NCBI RefSeq assembly: GCF_036321535.1
Contig: NC_087437.1
Location: 78,122,001 to 78,186,000 of the forward strand
Origin: Camelus dromedarius
Taxonomy: Eukaryota
DNA: 64,000 nt
Direction: 5' to 3'
In this document: positions 13,090 to 23,498 of the stretch, piece after piece
How the letters are laid out: each line of letters opens with the position of its first letter
Position numbering within the stretch: the first letter of the stretch is position 1
Notes under the pieces: generated by a model
Seen by the model: the letters and a program-made list of their open reading frames with translations, nothing else
Database searches by the model: none
What the model was told of the DNA's origin: nothing
Program-made: the position numbers and the translations under genes

Positions 13090-13940
13090 TAAGTAAAGTG
13101 TAATGGTGAGACTTTCTCAGCATTCCTGCCCCCCAGCCCCAGTAGAGGTAGAGGCAAACAACCAGTTCTCCCTCCTTAACAATGTTCCCTGAACCCTTCT
13201 CTCATCCCCCACTGCAGTGCATTCTGCCTGTATCAGTACAGGCCCTTGAGCATGTCTAAGTGTGTGGCGTCTCCCCTGGCTGATGGCCTTTGCCTGTTAG
13301 TACAGGCCTAGCCCAGCGATAGTTGAGTTGGCCAGGTATCACGGCAAGTCCTGGTGAATGGGAGGTCTTCTGCGCCTTCCCTAACAGCAGACTTGTCTTC
13401 TATGAGAGAAGGTTCCACAATGTGGGCAGATTTTGTACCTGTCCTGCAGGAGCTGCTGATCACTGACATGTGCTCGTGTGAGTCCGGAAGCATGACTGGT
13501 GCCTCCAGATGCTGCTGCTCCACTCCTACACCTATGCCAGCCCTCGATGGCAACGCCACCCAGGTGGCATTCATAGGTCTTCTGCTTCGCCCCCAGTTTT
13601 GTGTAAGGACCCCATGAGGGCCTGTGAAAAAGACCTGGGGGGGGGTGGATGAAAAATCCTCTTGTATCGGGGGCTCCCAAATATTCTACCTTTACACCAG
13701 CTCACATGGAGTCCTTATTAATTTGTCGAATTCCAGTTGTTTCCTTCTTGCTTTTTTGGAGACCTCCTTCTTCCTTTCTTCATGTCTTGCTCTACACAAA
13801 ATGAAACCGTGTGCTCTACTCAGAAGGGCTTGTTTCCTTCTGAAATATAGTCCATCAAGTTTCCTTGTGGTTTCAATTCTATAAAGGGCTTCAAAAATTA
13901 TGATTTGATAAGTTATTAAGCTTTTCCTTGTTGTTAGCGT
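13090..13940 (-). mobile_element. Probable ancient L1 5'UTR (GC-richer segment)
   Basis: The right half (agggcttgtttccttctgaaatatagtccatcaagtttccttg...gggcttcaaaaattatgatttg...cttttccttgttgttag) parallels 2660-2820; the left boundary is uncertain. Confidence 0.45.
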
Positions 13941-14169
13941 ATTAGGCTCTAACTTAGCACCAAGTAATATAGCGCTGATGTACAGAAAGCAAACAGGACA
14001 CAGGGGGTACAGTCTCTTCAGCCAGTAATCACAATCTATGGCAAAGTGGCTGCCTGCTCGTGGCTGGCTGATGGTTCATTATTTAAAGGGAAAACCTTAG
14101 ATATGAATATTCATCATAATTCATGCATGTGCACAAACATAGGCACGTATACATCAACACAGTGCTCAT

Positions 14170-14307
14170 CACTTCTACATCTCATGAACTTGGTGTTTTT
14201 TCTTTGTTTCTATTCTATTCTAACGTATTTATATAAAATGTTGATTTCTTTTCAGTAAATTGATTTCCCACCCACTAATTAATAAAATTATAGTTTGCAA
14301 AACACTG
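14170..14307. mobile_element. hAT-Charlie non-autonomous DNA transposon end
   Basis: Terminates in taaattgatttcccacccactaat...agtttgcaaaacactg, a Charlie-type terminal repeat. Confidence 0.5.
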
Positions 14308-14559
14308 CCTTAAACTATATTTCTAGAAGTAAAATAACTGTTTCAAAAGTACACGTTTGTATTCTCTCTTTTAATAGATAGTTAAGAAATGTAATAAAAT
14401 GTGTTAAATTTTATTTAAAAAGAGATATTATGGGAAACCGTTGCCTACCCAGCTGAAATGGTGACAAGAAGTACTTGAGGAAAAGAAGTAAATACACCAG
14501 AAGGTGCTGAGATCGATGCATAAACATAGAATGCCTATCTCTATCTGTCTAGCCTTCTA

Positions 14560-15180
14560 TCTGTAAAATAAAATAATTCATGCATATAACAATTAAAAAC
14601 AAATAGAAGTGTTTAATATAAATAGTAAACTTCTCTCTTCTCTCTCCTCTTCCCCCATTTCACTCATCATGTTAATTACTGTAATGGCTTTCACATTGTC
14701 TTGTGTGCCCTTCTTTAAATTTTGTGTGCAAGTTCAAGAAAAGGCATATACATTTTTTATACAGATAGTATCAACAACTTACTCTATTGTAAACTATTTT
14801 ATAACATACCTTTTCCCCTCAGTTATTCCCTCTTAAAGACATTAAGCACTTATTTAACTTATGTTTTAAACTTCTGCCTAGAAAGAATTTTTAAAAATAA
14901 ATCATATAATCATTTTATTATTTACAGGTATTTAGATTTTATTTTTCAGTGTCTAACTATTACACACAATGCCACAATCAATAATCTATCATATATATTA
15001 GGCCATATTTTAATTTCAATCTTTCCATCAGATAAATACTTAGTAATGGAATTACTAGATTAAAAAAGCATACGTGTGTTAAATTTTGATATTGTTATAT
15101 TCCCTTCCCAAAAGTCATTCCCATTTATGTCCCCTCTGAATATATGTGAGAATGCCTCATTACGCAGATCTCCATCATAT
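14560..15180 (-). mobile_element. L1ME-type 3' fragment
   Basis: gataaatacttagtaatggaattactagattaaaaaagcatacgtgtgttaaattttgata...cccatttatgtcccctc...gtgagaatgcc. Confidence 0.6.
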
Positions 15181-16271
15181 TCCTAGCAGTGCACGATCCT
15201 TGCTGAATCACTTGTTTATATTTGTTATTCTTTTAATGTTTGAGTCAGTTCTATTTAATAATATAGTGTGTGTATGAGAATGAGTGTATGTGTGGGCATA
15301 TGTGTGCGTGTGAGAGATTTTTCCATCAGTGTTTCATGGGAGACTGAGCTGGAACAGTCGTATTTGCAATCACATTTTATTAACGTGGAAAACTTAAAAT
15401 TTGAACAAATTTCAAAAATTTTAATTTTTTTCTATGATAAGTTTTTAGATATATGTTGCAACAGAAAAATCACCTTTAAAACTTAATAACTTGAAATAAA
15501 AACTTATTATTTCCAATAATTCTGGGCCGACTAGTATCAACAGGGTAGTTCTTCTCCTAGTCTTTTTAGATGGCTATCTGTATTGTTGGGGGCAATTTAA
15601 ACTTGTTGAAAGGAAATAATTAGGTACTTTTAAGGTATTAACATAGAAGACTAAAATAGGATAAAAATTGATGAGGAGAAAGGAAATTAATGGATATGAG
15701 TACTTTGGATACAAAACTTGATGACCAAATAAATATTTCAAAATGATTATTTCCCCAAGTGATTGATTTTTGCTTATGTTAATACCAGTGAGTAACTGAA
15801 TCTGCTCTTATTGACATGTTTTGTATAAGGTTCCCTTAGAACAGCCTGATGGCAATATTGATAAATGGTCATATTTCTTCTGTTTCCCACCCTAAGTGCC
15901 CCAATATAATTCTGCCTATTTAGTTATTATATATCACCTACCATCTTTGCTCCAAAGCACTTCGTGGACAGAACACATTCAATCAAATGTAGGCTAGGAA
16001 ATGCAGCTCTGTCAACTAAGCTGATTCTTGAATTTCTCTCTAGGGCACAACCTTAGAACACAACCTGAAGCAACATTTTGCTATTTAATTCATCAGCAGA
16101 AAAGGAGTTGTGCTGAGATGAAATAAAGTTAGAACTGCCTAGGTTAACATGGACATTCAGGTTTGATAGTAATCAGAGTTTGGGTTACTCAAATGCTCTT
16201 TTAAGTAAGGAAACATAGGACCAATGTTGCCAAATTCATGAATTATAATTGTAAACGTACATTCTGATACT

Positions 16272-16330
16272 ATGGATGGAACTTACGCCTGTGGCTGCCG
16301 GGTAGAAAGAAGAGAGTCAACATTGGTGCA
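16272..16330 (+). other. Candidate alternative first coding exon (MDGTYACGCRVERRESTLV, phase-2 donor)
   Basis: Strong Kozak context actATGG at 16272, 19 open codons plus 2 nt, donor GCA|GTAAGT at 16331; lies in sequence with no recognisable repeat. Confidence 0.3.
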
Positions 16331-17019
16331 GTAAGTTTTGATATCTCTTTGAGGGAACTCAAAGTCAGGGTATTTGGTATTTGAATCGATGCCCAGTCAG
16401 TGCTATTAACATTGCTTTTTTGGAATTGGATTATTCTAGCTGGAGACTCTTCATGTCAGCTTCTTCCTGAGCCCATTGCCCTGACTTCTGCTGTCATGAC
16501 TTTCAAGTACTTTCATAACTCTGAAAGTATTTACGTAGCTTTGCAGTTCCCTCACTTTGGGAGGGTGGAGCTGATTTTTTTTAAATTAGTTTTTCCTGTG
16601 TCCAAATGTTCAGCACTGAATTTTAGTTGTTCAGAGGGGGTGGTTTTAGTTCTTGGTATTGACTACAATCAGCATTGTTCTGCAATCTCTTCCTGTTTAT
16701 TTGCCTCTCCCCTGCTAATAATAGACTTCAAACCTGGCAATCAAATTATTAATTTAGTCACCACCTTAGCAGCATGCAGCAAAGAAAGAGCCAGCTGGTG
16801 TTCTACATTTCAAGAAAGAGATCTTGAAATAAAAGTCCTACTGTCTGATTGATACCTTGCTTCTACCCCCATTTTGTACTTAGTTATAGACAAGGGGCTC
16901 TCCTGTATATGATTCTTCATCATAGACTGTTCATGCCTGCCTGAAGTAGAAGCCCACAAAAATACAGTGTAATGGCAACTTCAAAGAGAGGATTATATCC
17001 TGTTCCCACTGGAACATAA

Positions 17020-17114
17020 TATAAAAGAAAAATATATATATATATGTTTGGAAAGAGAGAGAAGGAGAGAAGGAGCAGCAGAGAGAGAGAGCACATGCTG
17101 CTAAGATGGTAAGA
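17020..17114 (+). promoter_or_regulatory. Candidate TATA promoter and short first exon with donor ATG|GTAAGA
   Basis: TATAAAAG at 17020-17027, (TA)n and GA-rich leader, ATGs at 17095 and 17106, donor GT at 17109. Confidence 0.35.
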
Positions 17115-18769
17115 TTTTACACTCTGCTCTTTGAGAGTCTACTGGGTGAAACAGGAGCCATTTAAAACCTAATGCAAGTCCATTGTTTTCTTTTTTTTTT
17201 TTTTTTCTTTTTGAATATGAGACTGCATGTTTGTAATCATACTGTCTGGCTCTGATTCCTTTCAGTTGTAGTTTTCCAGTTCAAGAGCTAGGATAAATTA
17301 CAGAGTGCCAAAATAGGCCCTCTTTATTCTTAAAGGTTCAAGAGAGAAATCTGGATATGAACTAAAAACATTTATGATGGACAACTTTTATGTCTACCTT
17401 ACCCTTTGTTTATTGCTCAACCATTTAAATATCTTAATTTTTTTTTAATCTGTCTCCAATATATTCTCCTATGTAGGGTAATTAAATTACACTATTATGA
17501 CCGATGACAAAATACTTCATTCTAGATACCTTATTCACTAGACCTTCTATTTTGATTCTGTCCAATATTAGTTCTACTTTTTAATTAAATTTCATGTTAA
17601 ATGACTCTATCAGTTAGTTGAGATTAACAAAAACATGATGCATCATAGAATTTTGAAATTTAATTATTAAAACATCTGGAAATATATATACATATATATA
17701 TTTTTTAGATTCAAGAGAATCTAAAATCCCATTAGGAAACTTTCTTTTGTCTGACTAATGATGTATAAGAACAGTTAGTCATGGGTGATGGTTCCTTTTG
17801 GAAGAAATCAATTACTGTCTCATCCACTCTTTCCCTGTGGGGATAGAATGAATGTCAATACAATTCCAGTTGGCACAAAACCTTGCAAAATGTTTCCCTT
17901 TCCTGGCTAACATTTGGAAACCTTTCAAGTGAAAGAAGGCACTAACTAATGTTTATGTAATTTCTTTCTCTCTTTTCCTCTTTCTTTCATGGGATCACAG
18001 AAGCAATGCAAATGACACTGGGTTAATATGATTCAGTTATTGTACTCTGCAATGTTTAATTTACCCTTATTGCAAGAATTTCAGAAATAGTTAAATTTTT
18101 TTCTTTTCTAAGCTGATTTAAAATCCAATAAGATAACTACAAAGTAAATTAAAAATTTTTAACTCATGTTGAAAAATTTGTCTCTAGGTCAAGGGGTTGG
18201 TGAAGAAAGGGAAACGACACGTTAATGTCTCTTAGTCTTTAATTACGGTATCAGCCAACAACCTGTCTTCCTCAAGCTTGGCCATAGGCTAAAGCTATAA
18301 CCCTCTTGAATGTGAAAATCATAGATAACCTAGGGATCATGTTTTTGGCACAGGGCAACCTAAATCAATAGTGGGGAAGGGCATTAACGATTCTCTTACT
18401 TTGCACAGTGATTTGGGGTAGGGCCAATTCAAGCAAGCTATCACCTACTTATCCCCGGCCAAAAATATCTGTTCATTCTGAAGAAATTATGCTCCTCAAA
18501 AGCCATGAAGTTTCCCACTAAACTTTATGTGGTATTTAAAACCGATCCAAGTGTTGGTAAGAGACCAAAAGAACTTTACATGTTTGTTAGATAATGAGTG
18601 AGTAGAGGAGACTGCTGCGGCAAACAGAGGTACTGTTAGCTGGTTAACTGGAGACTAACTACATTGCTGAATAAAATCATGCAAACTCAGTTAAAATAAA
18701 TCAGACTGCTCTGGGTCATCCATCAGCAACCTCTGGAGAATAAATCAATATTTTTAAGGTACATTCTAA

Positions 18770-19292
18770 GAAATACTCATAAAAGATTCCTGGGGAGGAG
18801 AGGGAAGCTTCCATTGTTACATATGTTGGAGAGACTCTGTACATAATATGTCTCCCTCTGCAGATTTGTAACGTATATCAAATGCATTTTAAAAAGTGTT
18901 CTTCCAATGGGATACATCTATGTCAGAGGGTGCACGAGATAACTCAGTGGGAGGTAGGAAGGAAAGTTGAGAACATTTTTAAATATTTATTTTTATAACA
19001 TTTTAATTTCTTTTTATTTTGTTGTGTATTTTAAAATGTATATAACATTAACACAACAGTAAATTATTCAATTTACATGGGAATACATACACTTCTATTA
19101 GGAATATGTGCTCAAAGTTGTTATTGATGAAGTGTATAAAGAAAAAATTTCCATAATTCGTCATTAAAGGATCTTAGTACCCTTTTAGTAAAGCAATATT
19201 ACTTTGAACTTATATCACCATAAGCGACTTTATGTATATGTATGTACTACTGATTATGATCCAATGAGACACACTTTGTGAGTCACGGTTTT
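18770..19292. mobile_element. hAT-Charlie (MER-type) fossils, probably one nested in another
   Basis: ttccattgttacatatgttggagagactctgtacataatatgtctccctc...cattaaaggatc...cacactttgtgagtcacgg flanks an inner segment starting agtgttcttccaatgggatacatc. Confidence 0.4.
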
Positions 19293-19439
19293 AGAAGCCA
19301 TATGCTTGCTTTTTTTTTTTTTTTCTTTTCCCCAAACAGTATACTTCCACTTACTATATCTGCTAATGGGGCACAATGACCTGGATTTTAGAGTGTTTTG
19401 CAAAGTCAATTATTTCTGGAAAGTCTTGATCAGAGAAGG

Positions 19440-19540
19440 TAATATATATGTATAATTGAATTGCTTTGCTGTACACCTTAAACTAACACTGTAAATCAAC
19501 TACAGTTCAATAAAAAAAAAAAAAAAAGAATTAAAAAAAA
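19440..19540 (+). mobile_element. Short artiodactyl L1 3' end with poly(A)
   Basis: atatatgtataattgaattgctttgctgtacaccttaaactaacactgtaaatcaactacagttcaataaaaaaaa. Confidence 0.8.
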
Positions 19541-19912
19541 TGTTATCTCTGTCTTTCAATGCTGTTCACAATCCAAACAATCTTAAAAAAAATGATCTTT
19601 AAATAAAGACAATCGATGACCCTGTGTGGAAGATAAGCAAAAACATGAAAGATTCATGGAGAAATGTCTCCCGTTTAAGCTGTGCTAGTGGGTTTGGTTT
19701 TACAATGAGTAAGTCAACGTACCTGCCCCTGGCCCAGTGATCTCTTTCAGCTCCTAAGGGGGATCATTTTCACGACACACTAGTGCAAACACACGAAGCC
19801 CTATGCTCAGGACCTACACTCCTCGCTGTGGGTTAATGGTCTGTGATTGCTTAATAATGTTACCTTAGACCTCATGTTTTGTAAGTGAAATCCTATGAGA
19901 TAACAGAACAGC

Positions 19913-20838
19913 AGCCAGGCCCTTGAAGTCTTGGTTTGTGCATAAACCTGTCTCTTACCCCCTCCCTGCCTCGTGGGAATGGGTTGTAGGTCTTCTACTG
20001 TCTTTGACACCCCATAACCTGCCCAGTCTCCCCACTGGCGCAAGGCTGTTGCTCTCTCTTGGGGGCAGTGCCTGGGGCACGTGGCATCCAGAGGGTGAGC
20101 AGGCTGAAACCATGTATGGGCAGGAGGAAGCCCCGAACCCTTGATATGGTGCATCCCGAGGACTGAGGCTTCATTCACGTATGCATAGGACTTTAGAAAC
20201 CCTCGTATTGCCTGCTGTGGGCAGAGGAGATACCTGGCTTGACTTTTTCAGAGGTGCCTCCCCCACCTCCGGTCAGGGTGCAGCACGTCATTCCAGCAGC
20301 TGGCAGGAAAAGTTGCCCAGCCTTCTCTGAGTCACAAGCAGGGGCCCCCAGGTACAAGTACGTGTTTGCAGTGGCCCCATGATTATCCCAGTTCCCAACG
20401 GAGCACTCCCCCTGCTGACTCCATGCCTGGCAGGGCCTTCTTTTCTGCCTTCCAACCTTCCTGAGTCTAGTTTTCATTGCTTTTTCTAGTCATTTTGAGG
20501 CACACTCTGGGGATTAGTTGTGGAATACAAACGGTATACTTTTGATAATTCTCAAAATGAGTTAGTGCTTTTATATTTATGATTCAAACTGGTATTGTAT
20601 AATATAAAAATAAATGGTTAAATGCATGCTAATAATTTAATATTTTAATTTTTCTTTACTTAGAGCAACATTATATGACAAAGAAAAATATATACCAGCA
20701 AGTTGAAAGAGAGAGACAGCAGAAGAAAAGGAGAGTTTATATTTAGTACTTTTGGTACTTTTCTTTCCTGCCTTGGCAATCAGGGTCCTTGCATTTTCGT
20801 TTTGCACTTGGCCACTGCAGTTTATGAGTCAAGCCCTG
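19913..20838. mobile_element. hAT-Tip100 MER45-like DNA transposon
   Basis: The right end cagggtccttgcattttcgttttgcacttggccactgcagtttatgagtcaagccctg matches the MER45 terminus; assigning the GC-rich left portion to the same element is less certain. Confidence 0.6.
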
Positions 20839-20945
20839 CCGACCCAAGATATCCCCGCTTCACCTCACCCCGTGCCCTTCAGCTCACTGGACTTGAAAGT
20901 TGTGAGGACAGTCCTGCCACCTACCCCCTTGCATCCTGCACCCTT

Positions 20946-21073
20946 TAATTTTTTTTAATTAAGATTAAATTAAATTATTTTATTTTATTGAAGTATAGTC
21001 AGTTATAAGGTGTCAACTTCTGGTGTACAGCATAGTGTCCCAGTCATGCATATAAATACCTATATTCATTTTC
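20946..21073 (-). mobile_element. Truncated camelid-type L1 3' end
   Basis: ttttattgaagtatagtcagttataaggtgtcaacttctggtgtacagcatagtgtcccagtcatgcat. Confidence 0.8.
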
Positions 21074-21084
21074 ACCTTTACTTT

Positions 21085-22390
21085 TGCCCTTTTCAGGGAC
21101 CTTGCCCTTGCATTAATCCTTTCTCTCGCCTGAACCATGAAGTCTTCACATTTTCCACCTCTCCTGTATGATTCATACAAATATGCTTTAGTACCATGCC
21201 CAGTTAATTTTAGCATATGCAAATAATAACAATCACATTCAAAACAAGAAAATCTCTTAACCTTACAACCCTGCCTTAGCTGCCTGTTCGTTTCTCTGCT
21301 CTCTTTTGCAGCAAAAACTCTGGAGTTGTACACAATCACTACCTCCCTGTCTTCACTTCACATTCACTCATCTTCCCACTTCATTCCAGGTACTGTCTGT
21401 ACACCACCACTGGATCGGCTTATTAAATTAGCAGATGACCCCTTAATGCCAAATTCAGTGCTCGCTTATCTAATCTCCATCATACTTGACCTTTCAGCAG
21501 CATTCAACATAGTTGACGGCTCCTTTCTTCTTGGAATTCTTAGTTTCTGTGAATTCTCACTCGCCTCAAGGTTCATCCACCTTGTTGGCTACTTGTGTCG
21601 TAATCTGCTGACTCCCTCTCCTCTGCCAAAACTTTAAATGTTGGAATGCATCTAAAACCATGTCTCTCTAATCTCTGTTCATTCTCTCTCCCCCCCCACC
21701 CCTATAAATAGATAGATAGATAGATAGATTCTCCAGTTAGCATCTCCAGATTATATATCCAACTGCCTCATCTCAGATGTTTAACAGGTATTTCAGAATT
21801 AAAATGGGTAAAAATGGAATTCTTGATCTTTCCAAATATGCTGTGCTCTGTCTTTCTGAGCTCAGTAAATCATACCATCATCTAATCAGTTACTCAGCCG
21901 CTTGGTTTGTCTTCTCTTTATCTTTCACATGCTGTCCATCAGTTAGTACCGCTTTCAAACCTATAAACCTAGTTCGAATCTGTTCTCTTTTCTTCTTCCT
22001 CTGATGTCACCATAGTCTAAGCTACCAATACCACCTACTGGCAAGACCCATGACTCGTCGTCTTCTTTACATTCTTGCCAGCTGCAAACCTGACAATGAG
22101 CTGAGTGTTTTTTTTTAAAAACATAAATTACACTTTGTTAGTGTTCAACCATTAAAATGAGAACCTTGGCTTTATAAGATGACACATAATTTGGTACCTA
22201 TGTTTCCAAGCTCATCCTGTATTATTTTCTCCAGCATATTCCAGGCACACTGGCCCCCTTCATACTTCTCACAGGCCACAGAGCTCATTTTCCTGGGGGC
22301 AGACACTTTAGAGGATTGGCTGATATGTGAAACAGTACTTGAAATATGGTATTCAACAGATGTTAAATAAATAAACAAATAAATAAATAC
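21085..22390 (+). mobile_element. L2 LINE with reverse-transcriptase relic
   Basis: ORF 21326-21637 contains IILDLSAAFNIVD (L2/CR1 RT motif LLDLSAAFDTVDH); ends in an L2 tail ttcaacagatgttaaataaataaacaaataaat. Confidence 0.85.
21708..21728. repeat. (TAGA)n microsatellite
   Basis: atagatagatagatagataga read directly. Confidence 0.9.
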
Positions 22391-23139
22391 ATTATTAATC
22401 TTTCCATTTACCCATCTTTTTATTTGTTAAGTTTATTAAGCAGCTGCTATGTTATTATTTGAGGATAAATTTAATATTTTCATATTTAGGCAATATCACC
22501 AAATCTCTATGAAACCCTTACTTTCGTATATAGTAGTTTCTGTTTTTAAAGTTGCTCATTTCATTCCCTTAAGCAGAAACACTTACTTGTTCCTTTAATG
22601 TTGTGGTTTGATTGTTTCCTTTAGACTATTAGTGTAATTGATTGGTAGAATCATGGTTGTGGGAAACCATATAGCTTAATGGAATTCTCGAGGACCAGGA
22701 ATTAAAATCCATCCTGACTTTATGCTTCTATTATTCTTGACCCTGTGCACATCCTTATCTAGAGAATGATATTGGTATAATATCTCTATCAGGGATGAGC
22801 AACTTTATGAAGCAGGGCATTATGTAGCTCTCGCCTACTTCTGGTAAAATGAGGGTGAAGAGCAAATATGAATAGGCTCGAAGCCCCGGAGCACTCACAT
22901 TTTCACCTGCTCTTTTACATTTTGGAGATTCCGATATTAAAACATTTCCTCTGTGTAAATTTGGATGCTCTCTGGAGGACCATTCAGTTGCATTAATAAG
23001 ATTACCAAATTGTCTATTGATTGTCTATTGATTAGGACCACCAAATGAGTAGGTAAAGGGCAGCAGAGTTTTTCGATACTTTAAAAGTTGATTGAGCTAA
23101 GTTATGCCTGACTGCTGAGCCTGGAGTGGGCAGTACTCT

Positions 23140-23498
23140 TTCTCTTTTTTTCTGCCAAGCATACATGACTAAATCCACTCATCTTCAAGTCTGGTTCCTC
23201 TGGGGAGTCTCTCCCGTTGCTCAAATCTCAAGTTCTCTTACCACAGGGCTTATTGTGCTGTACCAGCATTCACTCCTCTGTATCCTCCATTAAGCTGTAA
23301 ACTCCATGAGGACAAGAACCTCAAATGCACTGACTATGGCTATTTCCCTACTGAATTGAATTAATGAATGAATGGATAGGTGAAATTTTTTTAAAAAACA
23401 ACTTTATTGTGGTGTAATTTCTGTACAGGAAACTACACATATTTCAGATGTACAATTTGATGAATTTTGAGAGCTGTATTTTGAATGAATGAATGAGT
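23140..23498. mobile_element. L2 3' end (+) whose (gaat)n tail is interrupted by an L1 3' end (-, about 23385-23480)
   Basis: ctgtaaactccatgaggacaag...gaattaatgaatgaatg, then caactttattgtggtgtaatt...gtacaatttgatgaattttga, then tgaatgaatgaatga. Confidence 0.65.

Noticed and set aside
13381..13680. ORF ending in a zinc-ribbon-like CPHC motif
   Set aside because: Isolated motif in what appears to be an old L1 5'UTR; no family context.
15954..15975. REST/RE1-like agcacttcgtggacag
   Set aside because: Half-site spacing and the left half deviate from the canonical RE1.
16400..16852. Longest ORF in the track (150 aa, +)
   Set aside because: Non-ATG start, low-information hydrophobic composition typical of T-rich DNA, and no recognisable domain.
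19900..20460. GC-rich stretch as a CpG-island promoter
   Set aside because: Few CpGs, and contiguous with a MER45-like terminus, so more likely a transposon interior.
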